64,000 nucleotides of DNA from Alphaproteobacteria bacterium (lineage in GTDB: Bacteria; Pseudomonadota; Alphaproteobacteria; UBA828): positions 832,001 through 896,000 of the forward strand of contig CBDCRW010000004.1 in the NCBI GenBank assembly GCA_965221125.1, written 5' to 3'. The translations under genes and the position numbers were made by a program. Within the stretch, counting starts at the first letter, position 1. The number at the start of each line of letters is the position of its first letter. Below the pieces are notes generated by a model. It had not been told where the DNA came from. It made no database searches and worked only from the letters and a program-made list of their open reading frames with translations. Shown piece after piece: positions 22,279-32,148 of the stretch.

Positions 22279-23367
22279 ATGGACATAGAACAGGCCTTGA
22301 AGGCAGCAGTCGGCCGACTTCAGTCTGGGCGGTTGGACAATGAGGCACAGGTCAAACAAGCCGTTATCCTCCCGGTTCTACGTGCCTTGGGCTGGGATGA
22401 CACAGATCCAGAAGCCTTTAAACCTGAGTACCGCGCGGGGAAAGGCTTGGTTGATTATGCATTGCTTGATCGTGGCAGACCACTAGTTTTCATAGAAGCA
22501 AAGCAACCTGGGAATCTGAGCGCTAGTGCGGAGAATCAGCTGTTTGGTTACGCCAATAATCGAGGTGTTCCATTTCTCGTTCTAACCGATGGAAATCGTT
22601 GGGACTTTTATCTCAGTATGGCAGACGGAGACCCCAGGGATCGGCAATTCTATGAAATGGAATTACAGTCAGATTATGCTGCTATTGGATATGCCACTTT
22701 TCTCAATGAACACCTCAAAAAAGACTCAGTCGTTTCGAGGAAAGCCCGGCTAAGTGCTGAGGAGTTACTTGCTCGCAGACGAGCCCTCGACAGAGCCCGC
22801 AAAGCGATTCCGAGAGTTTGGCGTGATCTGGTGAAGGAGCCAGACGAAACACTACGCGACTTACTTGCCGAGACTGTAGAGAGCACATGTGGGACGAGAC
22901 CTTTGCATGATGACGTGGTGACTTTCCTCAGAGACCTTCCCTCTCCCACCTTGCCGCCTGAGCCCACTCCGAATCCCACACCTGTTGCTCCCAAGCCTCA
23001 GCCCTCGCCACCCAGACCGGAATCTGCAAAGGCAAGAATTTCTGGCTTCATGATTGGAGGGGAACGCATCGAAGTTGGAACCGCGAGAGGAACACTGATC
23101 GCCATCATATTGAAATTTGATCAGAATGATCCAACCTTCATGGAGCGCTTCTACAAAGCGTCAACTACCAGACGTAGAAGACTTGTGTCACGAAACCGGG
23201 CCGAACTATACGATAAGCCGCACCTGGTAAGTGAAGCCAAGGACTTAGGCAATGGTTGGTGGATAGGAACCAACCTTAGCCAACAGCAAATTCGGTCACG
23301 CATAAAAACTGCTTGCAGCGTCGCGGGAATGGAATTCGGCCGCGAACTGAAACTGATTGAGCGCTAG
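22279..23367 (+). CDS. HsdR-N-type PD-(D/E)xK restriction endonuclease-like protein with Pro linker and SeqA-like C-terminal domain
   Basis: NEAQVKQAVILPVLRALGWD, VDYAL..FIEAK, QLFGYA, LTDGNRWDFY; markedly more A/T-rich codons than flanking genes. Confidence 0.75.
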   Translation: MDIEQALKAAVGRLQSGRLDNEAQVKQAVILPVLRALGWDDTDPEAFKPEYRAGKGLVDYALLDRGRPLVFIEAKQPGNLSASAENQLFGYANNRGVPFLVLTDGNRWDFYLSMADGDPRDRQFYEMELQSDYAAIGYATFLNEHLKKDSVVSRKARLSAEELLARRRALDRARKAIPRVWRDLVKEPDETLRDLLAETVESTCGTRPLHDDVVTFLRDLPSPTLPPEPTPNPTPVAPKPQPSPPRPESAKARISGFMIGGERIEVGTARGTLIAIILKFDQNDPTFMERFYKASTTRRRRLVSRNRAELYDKPHLVSEAKDLGNGWWIGTNLSQQQIRSRIKTACSVAGMEFGRELKLIER

Positions 23368-23429
23368 AGAGTAGGAAACCAGCGTCCTGATTGAGAAGTT
23401 CCCGTGATCAGTCAACACATCCCTCTCAC

Positions 23430-23528
23430 CGTCATGGCCGGACTTGTTCCGGACATCCACGTGTTCACACACCACTCTGTCGGACCAACAGTAAAACATG
23501 GATGCCCGCAACGAGTGCGGGCATGACG
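23430..23528. repeat. CGTC-tagged REP dimer (head-to-head)
   Basis: CGTCATGGCCGGACTTGTTCCGGACATCCA ... TGGATGCCCGCAACGAGTGCGGGCATGACG; related copy at 31760-31848. Confidence 0.85.
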
Positions 23529-23602
23529 AAGTAAAGGTTTGAGGTTGAGGAAGCCAAGCACGGGATCGAAAACGCAGAAACTTCGGGCTGGGGTTCCGTC
23601 CC

Positions 23603-25015
23603 CTACTTCTGCTTGCCCGCCTGGCCGCGCTTGAGGAACTGGCCGCCGCCCTCGCGGCCGAGCCAATTGCGGCCGTCGACGATCAGCTCGCCGCGCAGGA
23701 ACACCTTGGCCACGCGCCCGGTCACCTCGCGGCCCTCGAACATCGTGTACTCGACCCGGCTGTGGTGCTCGGCGGCGCGGATGGTCCAGGTCTCGTCCGG
23801 GTCGAAGAGCACGATGTCGGCGTCCGAGCCCACCGCGATCGTGCCCTTGCGCGGGAACAGGCCGAAGAGCTTCGCCGGCGCCGTCGCCATCAGCTCCACG
23901 TAGCGGTTGAGCGACATGCCGTTGCGCCGCACGCCGCCGTCGTAGACCAGCGGCATGCGGGTCTCCAGCCCCGGCGCGCCGTTCGGGATCTTGCTGAAGT
24001 CGTCGCGGCCGAGCTCCTTGGAGAGCCGCAAGCCCAGCACGTTCTCGCTGAAGCAGAAGGGGCAGTGGTCGGTGGCGATGACCTGGAGGTCGTCGGTCTT
24101 CAAGCCCCGCCAGAGCGCGTGCTGGTGCGTGGCGCTCCTGAGCGGCGGCGTCATGACGTACTTCGCGCCCTCGAAGCCGGGCCGGTCGTACTCCTCGTCG
24201 GTGAGGAAGAGGTAGTGCGGGCAGGTCTCGGCGTGGACCGGGAGGCCGCGGTCCCGCGCCTCCGTCACCGCGTCCAGCGCCTCGCCCGCAGACAGGTGCA
24301 CGATGTAGACCGGCGCCTCGGCAAGCTCGGCGATGCGGATGACGCGGCTGGTCGCCTCGCCCTCCATGATCGTGGGCCTGGTCAGCATGTGCCACTTGGG
24401 GCTCGTGTTGCCGGCGTCCAGCGCCTCCTGCACCAGCACGTCGATGACGTGGCCGTTCTCGGCGTGGACCTGCACCATGCCGCCGTTGGCGCCCACCATC
24501 CGCATGGTCTTGAAGATCGCCCCGTCGTCGATCATCAGCACATCCGGGTAGGCGGTGAAGAGCTTGAAGGTGGGCACGCCCTCGTCGTGGATCAGGCTCT
24601 TCATGTCAGCGAGGGTCTGGTCGTTCACGTCGGTCATGATCATGTGCGCACCGACATCGACGGCGGCGACCGACGCGCGCTCGTGCCAGTTGGCGAGGCC
24701 GGCGAGCGGGCTCTCCCCCTTCGTCTGGTTGGCGAAGTCCACGATGGTGGTGGTGCCGCCGAAGGCCGCCGCCTGGGAGCCGGTGTAGAAGGTATCCGCC
24801 GTGCGCGCGGGCCCGAAATCCCAGTCGAGGTGGGTGTGGACGTCGACGCCGCCGGGCATGACCAGCAGGCCCCTGGCGTCGTGCTCGGCGACGTCGTCGC
24901 CGACGGGGAGGTCCGTGCCGATCATGCGGACGCGCCCGTCCTCCATCAGGATGTCGGCCGTGTAGTCGTCCACCGCCGTCACGATCCGCCCGTTCCGAAT
25001 CACGGTCGCCGTCAT
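23603..25015 (-). CDS. hydA: Dihydropyrimidinase / D-hydantoinase
   Basis: PGGVDVHTH, GGTTTIVDF, VHAENG, AETCPHYL, TDHCPF, IPNGAPG. Confidence 0.92.
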   Translation of the reverse strand: MTATVIRNGRIVTAVDDYTADILMEDGRVRMIGTDLPVGDDVAEHDARGLLVMPGGVDVHTHLDWDFGPARTADTFYTGSQAAAFGGTTTIVDFANQTKGESPLAGLANWHERASVAAVDVGAHMIMTDVNDQTLADMKSLIHDEGVPTFKLFTAYPDVLMIDDGAIFKTMRMVGANGGMVQVHAENGHVIDVLVQEALDAGNTSPKWHMLTRPTIMEGEATSRVIRIAELAEAPVYIVHLSAGEALDAVTEARDRGLPVHAETCPHYLFLTDEEYDRPGFEGAKYVMTPPLRSATHQHALWRGLKTDDLQVIATDHCPFCFSENVLGLRLSKELGRDDFSKIPNGAPGLETRMPLVYDGGVRRNGMSLNRYVELMATAPAKLFGLFPRKGTIAVGSDADIVLFDPDETWTIRAAEHHSRVEYTMFEGREVTGRVAKVFLRGELIVDGRNWLGREGGGQFLKRGQAGKQK

Positions 25016-25064
25016 CGTCGCCTCCCTGGAGCGTGGAGACCCCCTCATTCTCCGCCCGCCCATC

Positions 25065-25406
25065 ATGCCGCGCCCGCAGGCAGCCGTCCATTGCGCGGCA
25101 TGGGCGGCTTTGCCAGAGTCGCCTCGGGCTCACGGCGGGAGCAGGGAGGGCACGTCGCCGCTACTCGAGAACAAGGACCTCGCCATCGCCGACATCTACG
25201 TGCCGGCCAAGCGCCGCCGCACGCTGAAGCAGGCGACGGTCGATACGCTCGCCGAGAGCATTCTGGAGGACGGGCTGAAGGTGCCGATCCTGGTGCGGCA
25301 GGACGGCTCCCGCTACGTGCTCGTGGAGGGGCTGCACCGGCTGGAAGCGTGCAGGGCGCTCGGCGAGGAGGTCATCGCCTGCACCTTCGTCCAGGCCCGG
25401 AGCTGA
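25065..25406 (+). CDS. Small ParB/Srx N-terminal-domain protein (true start uncertain; conserved part begins about 25161)
   Basis: IADIYVPAKRRRTL..LAESILEDG..PILVR..LVEGLHRLEA. Confidence 0.75.
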   Translation: MPRPQAAVHCAAWAALPESPRAHGGSREGTSPLLENKDLAIADIYVPAKRRRTLKQATVDTLAESILEDGLKVPILVRQDGSRYVLVEGLHRLEACRALGEEVIACTFVQARS

Positions 25407-25475
25407 CGGGCGCGGCGGTGCTGGCGGCTGCCATCGCCCGGCTCGCGGCGTGGCGGCCCACATCGGGAGCGACGG

Positions 25476-25844
25476 ATGACCGAGGTTCACACCGGCGGCT
25501 GCCTCTGCGGCGGGGTCCGATACCGGGCGACCGGCCCGTTGCGCGCGGTCATCGCCTGCCACTGCGGGCAGTGCCGCAAGACCTCGGGCCACCATGCCGC
25601 CATGACCTCGGTGCCGCTGGCCCGCTTCGCGCTCGAGAGCGACGAGACCCTGGTCTGGTTCCATTCGTCTGACACCGCGCGGCGCGGGTTCTGCAACCGC
25701 TGCGGCGGCAACCTGTTCTGGGAGCCGGTGGGCGAGGACCGCGTCTCGATCACCGCGGGCACGCTCGACGGCGCCACCGGGCTCGCCATTGAGCGCCACA
25801 TCTACACCGACGACGCGGGCGACTACTACGACGTGCCGGGGTGA
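25476..25844 (+). CDS. GFA/CENP-V family zinc protein
   Basis: GGCLCGGVRY, CHCGQCRK, RGFCNRCG. Confidence 0.92.
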   Translation: MTEVHTGGCLCGGVRYRATGPLRAVIACHCGQCRKTSGHHAAMTSVPLARFALESDETLVWFHSSDTARRGFCNRCGGNLFWEPVGEDRVSITAGTLDGATGLAIERHIYTDDAGDYYDVPG

Positions 25845-25984
25845 TCGGGAATAGACCGACGTGCGACCGCGTGGTGCGCGGCGGTCTCGTGCTCCCAGAC
25901 CGCGTGCTGGAAGGCGGCTCCCTCGCGGTCCGTGACGGCGTGATCGCCGCACTCGGCACGGACACCTTCATCCGCCCGGTGTGA
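25841..25984 (+). pseudogene. Internally deleted amidohydrolase (allantoinase/dihydroorotase-like) remnant
   Basis: GTGA overlap with the GFA stop. Translates VIGNRPTCDRVVRGGLVLPDRVLEGGSLAVRDGVIAALG-TDTFIRPV*, i.e. the amidohydrolase N-terminal beta-strands joined to a typical FIRP tail. Confidence 0.55.
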
Positions 25985-26112
25985 GACGCGCACGCCGAAG
26001 GTGCAGACCGCACCATGGTCCGGGGCGGCGGGCCCACAGTGCTTTCCGGTCTTACGAGATCACTGCGGCAACCGGGTAGGTCTCCACTCGGTCGGACAGG
26101 GCTCCAGCCGGC

Positions 26113-26571
26113 CTACTCCTCGACCCAGCCGTCCTTGTGCGGGGTGAAGAACTTCAGGTCGATGCGCAGGTGCTTGTAGTACCAGGTGCCGTCCACGCGC
26201 ACGTAGTCGTCGTCGTATTCCGCGAGCAGCCAGCGCGCCTCCTTCGGCCCGCCGCCGAGCTCCGTGGTGCACGGCATGATCAGCCACCACTTGCCGTTGG
26301 CGCTGTCGCCGTCCACGGTAATGATCGGATTGAGCACCAGGTGGGCGGCGAAGACGATGTCGTTCGAGATGCCGGAGAAGAACTCGTGGATCGCCGCGCG
26401 TCCGGTATGGCAGCCGAAGTTCTCGCCGCCGTCCCACACGCCGTCCTCCACGAACATCGCCGCGATGCCGTCGGGATCGTAGCCGGCGTCGCAGAGCTGG
26501 CAGTAGCGCGCCTTGAGCTGCTTGATGTCCTCGATCGCATTGAGCCGCTCGACCTTCTCCTCGAACGTCAT
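26113..26571 (-). CDS. SnoaL/NTF2-like protein (LinA/BaiE-like dehydratase fold)
   Basis: IEDIKQLKARYCQLCD, FVEDGVW, HLVLNPII, YDDDYVRVDGTW. Confidence 0.85.
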   Translation of the reverse strand: MTFEEKVERLNAIEDIKQLKARYCQLCDAGYDPDGIAAMFVEDGVWDGGENFGCHTGRAAIHEFFSGISNDIVFAAHLVLNPIITVDGDSANGKWWLIMPCTTELGGGPKEARWLLAEYDDDYVRVDGTWYYKHLRIDLKFFTPHKDGWVEE

Positions 26572-26732
26572 CGCTTCCTCCTTGTCTCTCGCAGGCGCCC
26601 GCCCCGGTACGCCTTCGCAGGCTAGGTAGCACAGAGGCGCCCGAGTCGGGCAAGCCTTCCACGTGCCATCGCCAGCGTGAGTATTCCCGGCCAATTGCCT
26701 ATCATGGCCGCGCAGGACACGCGGAGGGGACG

Positions 26733-29063
26733 ATGGCACGGTTCGGCGTCGGCCAGTCAGCGCCGCGCAAGGAAGACGACGCGCTTCTCAAGGGCGGCGG
26801 GCGGTTTCAGGACGACATCTCGCTCGACGGCGAGGTGCACGCCTGCTTCGTGCGCTCGCCCCACGCCCATGCGGACATAACGGCGATCGACGCCTCGGCG
26901 GCGGCCGCGGCGGACGGCGTGCTCGCCGTCTACACCGGCGCGGACGTGGCGGCGGACGGCCTCGGCACGCTGCCCTGCATCGCCGACGCCTTCGTGGCGC
27001 TGACGCGGCCGGACGGCAGCCCCGCCTGCTATCCGCCCAACCCGATGCTGCCCTGCGAGCGCGTGCGCCACGTGGGCGAGGCGGTGGCCATGGTCGTGGC
27101 CGAGACCCTCGCAGCCGCCGAGGACGCGGCGGCGCTGGTGAACGTGGAGTACGCCACCCTGCCCGCCGTGGTCGACGCCGCGCAGGCCCGCGCGCCGGAT
27201 GCGCCGGAAATCTGGCCGGAGGCGCCGGGCAACCTCTCGTGTACCTGGGTGCAGGGCGATGCCGATGCCACGGACGCCGCCTTCGAGGCCGCGGCCCACG
27301 TGGTGGAGATCGAGCTGGTCAACAACCGCCTGGTCGTGAGCACCATCGAGCCGCGCGGCGCGCTCGGCGTCTACGACCCGGAAGGCGAGCGCTACACCCT
27401 CTACATCAACAGCCAGCATGTGCACGGCGCGCGCGCCATCGTCGCCGGCATTCTCGGGATCGAGGAGGAGCGGCTCCGCATCCTCTCCCACGATCTCGGC
27501 GGCGGCTTCGGCATGAAGTACTTCACCTACCACGAGCAGGTCCTCGTGGCCTGGGCCGCACGCAGGCTGGGGCGGCCGGTGCGCTGGCTGTGCGGGCGCA
27601 CCGAGGGCTTTCTCAGCGACACGCAGGCGCGCGACCACCTGACGCGCGCCGCGCTGGCGCTGGATGCCGACGGGCAGTTCCTGGGCCTGCGCGTGCGCAC
27701 GCTCGCCAACCTCGGCGCCTACGTCTCCAACCTCGGGCCCATCTCGCCCACCCTGCTGTATACGCGCATGCTGGCGAACGCCTACCGCACGCCCGCGATC
27801 CATGCCGAGGTCGAAGGCGTGCTCACCAACACCGTGTTCACCGACGCCTACCGCGGCGCGGGCATTCCGGAATCGAACTACGTGGTCGAGCGCCTGGTGG
27901 AGAAGGCCGCAGGTGCGCTCGGCCTCGCGTCCGACGAGATCCGCCGGCGCAACCTGATCCCGGCGGCGGCGATGCCCTACCAGGTGCCGCTCGACATCAC
28001 CTATGACTCCGGCGACTACGCCCGCAACCTCGACGACAGCCTGGCGCTCGCCGGCTGGTCGGGCTTCGCCGAACGGCGCGCGGAGGCGGCGCAGCGGGGC
28101 AAGCTGCGCGGCATCGGCATGGCGGTCTACGTCGAATCGACCGTGGGCGATCCGGCCGAGCACATCTCCATCCGCTTCCGCGACGACGGCGGCGTCTCCC
28201 TCAGCTCCGGCACGGGCGCGTCCGGCCAGGGGCACGAGACCACCTACGCCCAGCTCCTCGGCGAGAGCCTGGGCATCCCCTACGAGGCCGTCACGCTGGT
28301 CGAAGGCGACAGCGACGACCTGCCGGCCGGCGGCGGCAGCGGCGGCTCGCGCTCCACCTACATGGTGGCGCTCGCGATCGAGGACGGCGCCGCCAAGGTG
28401 GTCGACAAGGGCACGCAGGTCGCCGCCAACCTGCTCGAGGTGGCGCCCGAGGACATCCGCTTCGCCGACGGCAGCTTCGCCATCGCCGGCACCGACCGCG
28501 CCATCGACATCATGGAGCTGGCGGCGCAGGCGAGGGACCCGGCCAACGTGCCCGACGGCATGGAGCCCGGCCTCGACGCCGACGGCAGGACCGAGACCCT
28601 CGACGGCACCTTCCCCAACGGCTGCCACATCTGCGAGGTCGAGGTCGATCCCGACACGGGCGCGCTGGACATCGTCAGCTACGCCGCCGCCAACGACTTC
28701 GGCCGCATCGTCAATCCCGTCCTCGTGGATGGGCAGGTGCACGGCGGCGTGGCGCAGGGGCTGGGCCAGGCGGTGTTCGAGAACTGCGTCTACGACGAGA
28801 GCTCGGGGCAGCTGCTCTCCGGCTCCTTCATGGACTACTGCCTGCCGCGCGCCGACGACATGCCGCCCTTCGCGCTTGCCGACAACGGCGTGCCGACCAG
28901 CCAGAACCCGCTCGGCATCAAGGGCTGCGGCGAGGCGGGGGCGATCCCTGCGCCTGCGGCCGTGGTGAACGCCGTCCTCGATGCGCTGAAGGAGCGCGGC
29001 GTCACCGATATCGACATGCCGCTCACCCCGGAGCGCGTGTGGCGCGCGCTCGCAACGGCTTAA
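26733..29063 (+). CDS. Xanthine dehydrogenase-family molybdopterin-binding (large) subunit
   Basis: [43 protein letters not shown]. Confidence 0.93.
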   Translation: MARFGVGQSAPRKEDDALLKGGGRFQDDISLDGEVHACFVRSPHAHADITAIDASAAAAADGVLAVYTGADVAADGLGTLPCIADAFVALTRPDGSPACYPPNPMLPCERVRHVGEAVAMVVAETLAAAEDAAALVNVEYATLPAVVDAAQARAPDAPEIWPEAPGNLSCTWVQGDADATDAAFEAAAHVVEIELVNNRLVVSTIEPRGALGVYDPEGERYTLYINSQHVHGARAIVAGILGIEEERLRILSHDLGGGFGMKYFTYHEQVLVAWAARRLGRPVRWLCGRTEGFLSDTQARDHLTRAALALDADGQFLGLRVRTLANLGAYVSNLGPISPTLLYTRMLANAYRTPAIHAEVEGVLTNTVFTDAYRGAGIPESNYVVERLVEKAAGALGLASDEIRRRNLIPAAAMPYQVPLDITYDSGDYARNLDDSLALAGWSGFAERRAEAAQRGKLRGIGMAVYVESTVGDPAEHISIRFRDDGGVSLSSGTGASGQGHETTYAQLLGESLGIPYEAVTLVEGDSDDLPAGGGSGGSRSTYMVALAIEDGAAKVVDKGTQVAANLLEVAPEDIRFADGSFAIAGTDRAIDIMELAAQARDPANVPDGMEPGLDADGRTETLDGTFPNGCHICEVEVDPDTGALDIVSYAAANDFGRIVNPVLVDGQVHGGVAQGLGQAVFENCVYDESSGQLLSGSFMDYCLPRADDMPPFALADNGVPTSQNPLGIKGCGEAGAIPAPAAVVNAVLDALKERGVTDIDMPLTPERVWRALATA

Positions 29064-29067
29064 TCGT

Positions 29068-29202
29068 GATCCCTCAAGCGCATCGCGCACCTGCGCGCGT
29101 ATCCGCGCGACGCGCTCGCTCCGCTCGCTTGGCTTCGCGCTACGCGCATCGTGCGCTTGCGTACGTGGCCGTGCGACGCGCAGTCGCGCCGTCCGGGCGG
29201 CC
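29068..29202. repeat. Repeat family C (GCGCTCGCTCCGCTCG...CGTGGCCGTGCGACGCG..GTCGCGCCGTCCGGGC)
   Basis: Near-identical blocks recur at 31919-32033. Confidence 0.7.
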
Positions 29203-29250
29203 AGTAGTGGCCGCCCGGTAACGCAACTCATCAACGACACGAGGAATTTC

Positions 29251-29787
29251 ATGGCCGCGACCGACCCCGTCTTCACCGACCTGCCCAACAGCATCATCGG
29301 CCAGACCCGGCAGATCTGCATCGTCACCCGCGACCTCGACGCCTGCGTCCGCAACTACGCCGACCGCATGGGGATCGGCCCCTGGTGGGTGCAGGAGTAC
29401 GCGCCGCCGCTGCTCGTCGACAGGCATTATCGCGGCGGCCCCGGCCAGTTCTCCATGCGCCTCGCGCTGGCATGGACCGGCGATCTCAACTGGGAGATCA
29501 TCGAGCCGCTGGAAGGCCCCAGCATCTACCACGAGTTCCTCGACGATCACGGCGAGGGGCTGCAGCACGTGGGCTTCCTGCTGCAGGACACGGGCCTCGA
29601 CTGGGACGCCTGCATCGCCGACATCGAGGGGCGCGGCTTCGCGCGGGTGATGAGCGGAGGCTGGCGCGGCGTGCGCTTCTGCTACTTCCAGACGGAAGAC
29701 GCGCTCAAGACCACCTTCGAGCTGATCCACCGCCCGGAGGGCTACCGGCGCCCGGACCCGATCTACTGGTACCCCGCGCGGGACTGA
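29251..29787 (+). CDS. VOC/glyoxalase family protein (methylmalonyl-CoA epimerase-like)
   Basis: QICIVTRDLD, GIGPW, EIIEPLEGPSIYHEFL..HGEGLQHV, FELI. Confidence 0.87.
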   Translation: MAATDPVFTDLPNSIIGQTRQICIVTRDLDACVRNYADRMGIGPWWVQEYAPPLLVDRHYRGGPGQFSMRLALAWTGDLNWEIIEPLEGPSIYHEFLDDHGEGLQHVGFLLQDTGLDWDACIADIEGRGFARVMSGGWRGVRFCYFQTEDALKTTFELIHRPEGYRRPDPIYWYPARD

Positions 29788-29794
29788 TGGGGGC

Positions 29795-29952
29795 GGAGCG
29801 CGTCCGTCAAAGACGGACGCGCGACAGGCCGCGAATGCGGCGCGCCCTCGCAGGCGTTGGCCGGTCGCGCCGGCAGGCGCGCGGAAGCGAAGACCGGCCA
29901 ACTGCCGTGAGCGATAAAGACTCGGAGTGCGTCCGACCTTGACGGGCGCTCT
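29795..29952. repeat. Repeat family B copy
   Basis: GGAGCGCGTCCGTC-AAA-GACGGACGCGC ... GAGTGCGTCCG..GACGGGCGCTCT; core shared with 17397-17598; between convergent genes. Confidence 0.8.
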
Positions 29953-30764
29953 CAGCTATCTTGCCAGACGGGGTCCCGCTTCTCGAGGAAGGCCGTGATC
30001 CCCTCGCGCGCGTCGTCGGCCTGGATGGTGCGGTAGATCACCTCGCCGGCGTAGTCGTAGGCATCGCCCCGGTCCATCTCAAGCTGGCGGTAGAAGGACT
30101 GCTTGCCCTGCGCGATGGCGTAAGCCGACTTCGACGCAATGTGCCGCGCCACCTCGTCGACCCGCTCGTCGAGCGTCTCCGCCGGCACCACCTCGCTCAC
30201 CAGCCCCATGCGGAACGCGGTCTCGGCGTCGATCATCTTGCCGGTGAGCAGCATCTGCATGGCATGCTTGGGCGCCACGGCGCGGCTCACCGCCACCTGC
30301 GGCGAGTGGCACCAGAAGCCGATGTTCACGCCGGGGGTGGCGAACCTGGCGTCCGCCGAGGCGTAGACGAGATCGCAGCTCGCGACCAGCTCGCAGCCCG
30401 CCGCGGTGGCGATGGCGTGGACCTTGGCGATCACCGGCTGGGGCAGGCCGATCAGGCTCTGCATCATGCGCGAGCACGTGGCCGTCGCCTCCCGCTTGGT
30501 CTCCGGCGCCTTCATGGCCTCGACCGATTCGTTGAGGTCGTGGCCGGTGCAGAAGAGCCGCCCGGACGCTGCCAGGACCACCACGCGCACCGAGCGGTCG
30601 TCCCTGATCTCATCGAGGGTGTCCTGCAGCTCGTGGACCAGCTGGTGGGAGAGGCTGTTGCCCGAGCTGGGCCGGTTGAGCGTGAGCGTCGTCACGCCGT
30701 CGTCGTCCTTGCGGCGCAGCACGCGCGCCACGCCTGCCGGCAGTTCCGCGATCTCGGTCGCCAT
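29952..30764 (-). CDS. Enoyl-CoA hydratase/isomerase (crotonase family)
   Basis: FCTGHDL, ATAAGCELVASCD, FATPGVNIG, AFLEKRDPVW. Confidence 0.9.
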   Translation of the reverse strand: MATEIAELPAGVARVLRRKDDDGVTTLTLNRPSSGNSLSHQLVHELQDTLDEIRDDRSVRVVVLAASGRLFCTGHDLNESVEAMKAPETKREATATCSRMMQSLIGLPQPVIAKVHAIATAAGCELVASCDLVYASADARFATPGVNIGFWCHSPQVAVSRAVAPKHAMQMLLTGKMIDAETAFRMGLVSEVVPAETLDERVDEVARHIASKSAYAIAQGKQSFYRQLEMDRGDAYDYAGEVIYRTIQADDAREGITAFLEKRDPVWQDS

Positions 30765-30929
30765 CACGTCCTCCAACTCTCGAGCGAGCGGGCGGCATAT
30801 TAGCACTCCGCAGCGGGAAACGAAGGTAGCCGGATGGCTTGCTTGCGGCGGCGCCCGTTGTGGCCTATGTCGTGGCCCGCCGGGGGCGAGGCCGGGCCGG
30901 CACGAGCATCGATGAGAAGCGGGAGATCC

Positions 30930-31691
30930 ATGGCACAGCTTGAAGGGAAGGTCGCCGTCGTCACCGGCGGCGGGCGGGGCCTGGGCCGCGCCTATTGCGA
31001 GGCGCTGGCGCGCGAGGGCGCGGCCGTCGTCGCCGCCGACATCCGCGACACCGCCGAGACGGTGGACGCCATCGGCAAGACCAACGGCCGCGTCACCGGC
31101 ATCGCGTTCGACGCCGCCGACATGGCGAGCTGCGAGGCCATGGCCAGGCACGCCGTCGACGAGTTCGGGCGCATCGACGTGCTGGTGAACAACGCAGCAC
31201 TCTACGGCGACATCCAGGGCGGGCGCTTCGACAAGATCAGCGAGGACGAGTGGGACCGCACCATGGCGGTCAACGTGCGGGGCGTCTGGAACTGCTGCAA
31301 GGCGTGCGTGCCGGCCATGCGCGACGCCGGCGGCGGCTCGATCGTCAACATCGCCTCGCTGGCCGCAGTCTACGGCATGCCTTTCGGGCTGCACTATGCC
31401 ACGTCGAAGGCGGCCGTCATCGGCATGACCCGCGCGCTCGCCCGCGAGCTCGGGCGCGACTGGATCAGGGTCAACGCCGTCGCACCCAGCGCCGTGCTGA
31501 CCGAAGGGACGGACGAGTTCTTCGGCGAGAAGAAGGAAAAATTCCTCCACGCCGTCGCCGGCGGCCAGAGCCTGCAGCAGAACCTCACCACCGACGATCT
31601 CGTCGGCACCGTGCTCTACCTCTCGTCCGACGCCAGCCGGCTCGTCACCGGCCAGACCCTGATGGTGGACGGCGGCACGGTCTTTCTGTAG
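30930..31691 (+). CDS. SDR family oxidoreductase
   Basis: TGGGRGLG, NNAA, YATSK, IRVNAVAP, GQTLMVDGG. Confidence 0.93.
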   Translation: MAQLEGKVAVVTGGGRGLGRAYCEALAREGAAVVAADIRDTAETVDAIGKTNGRVTGIAFDAADMASCEAMARHAVDEFGRIDVLVNNAALYGDIQGGRFDKISEDEWDRTMAVNVRGVWNCCKACVPAMRDAGGGSIVNIASLAAVYGMPFGLHYATSKAAVIGMTRALARELGRDWIRVNAVAPSAVLTEGTDEFFGEKKEKFLHAVAGGQSLQQNLTTDDLVGTVLYLSSDASRLVTGQTLMVDGGTVFL

Positions 31692-31759
31692 CGGTCCGGT
31701 CTTGGGTTTCGCGTGGCTTGAGGTCGGCCAAGCGGCCTCCCCGGCCCGTCCACCCCTCT

Positions 31760-31848
31760 CGTCATGCCCGCACGTGTTGCGGGCATCCACTCTTGCCGGG
31801 CGGAGCCGGATTTACCCCTGGATGGCCGGGACAAGCCCGGCCATGACG
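31760..31848. repeat. CGTC-tagged REP dimer
   Basis: CGTCATGCCCGCACGTGTTGCGGGCATCCA ... TGGATGGCCGGGACAAGCCCGGCCATGACG. Confidence 0.85.
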
Positions 31849-31880
31849 TGGTGAGTTATTCGGGCCGGCCCCGAACCGCC

Positions 31881-32130
31881 GCCCCACCTCCCCCTGTCCC
31901 CCTCCCGACTCTTTTCTTATCCCTCAGTCGCCGGGCGCTCGCTCCGCTCGATCGTGCGCTCCGCGCACGTGGCCGTGCGACGCTTCGCGCTCCGCGCACG
32001 TGGCCGTGCGACGCGCGGTCGCGCCGTCCGGGCCTGCGGCCCGGCAGGGCGGAGGGGGAACGCAAGTCGGCGCTGCCTGTTCTCCCTCTCCGCCCCTGGG
32101 GGGCGGAGAGGGTCGGGGTGAGGTGGGGGA
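31881..32130. repeat. REP family A dimer split by an inserted family C repeat
   Basis: 31881-31905 and 32046-32129 together match the reverse complement of the intact dimer 37461-37579; the intervening sequence is family C. Confidence 0.75.
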
Positions 32131-32148
32131 TTCTTTTCGGGTCGCGGG

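Noticed and set aside
26733-29063. Genuine aerobic CO dehydrogenase (coxL)
   Set aside because: Lacks the AYxCSFR loop, and there is no coxMSL operon or accessory genes.
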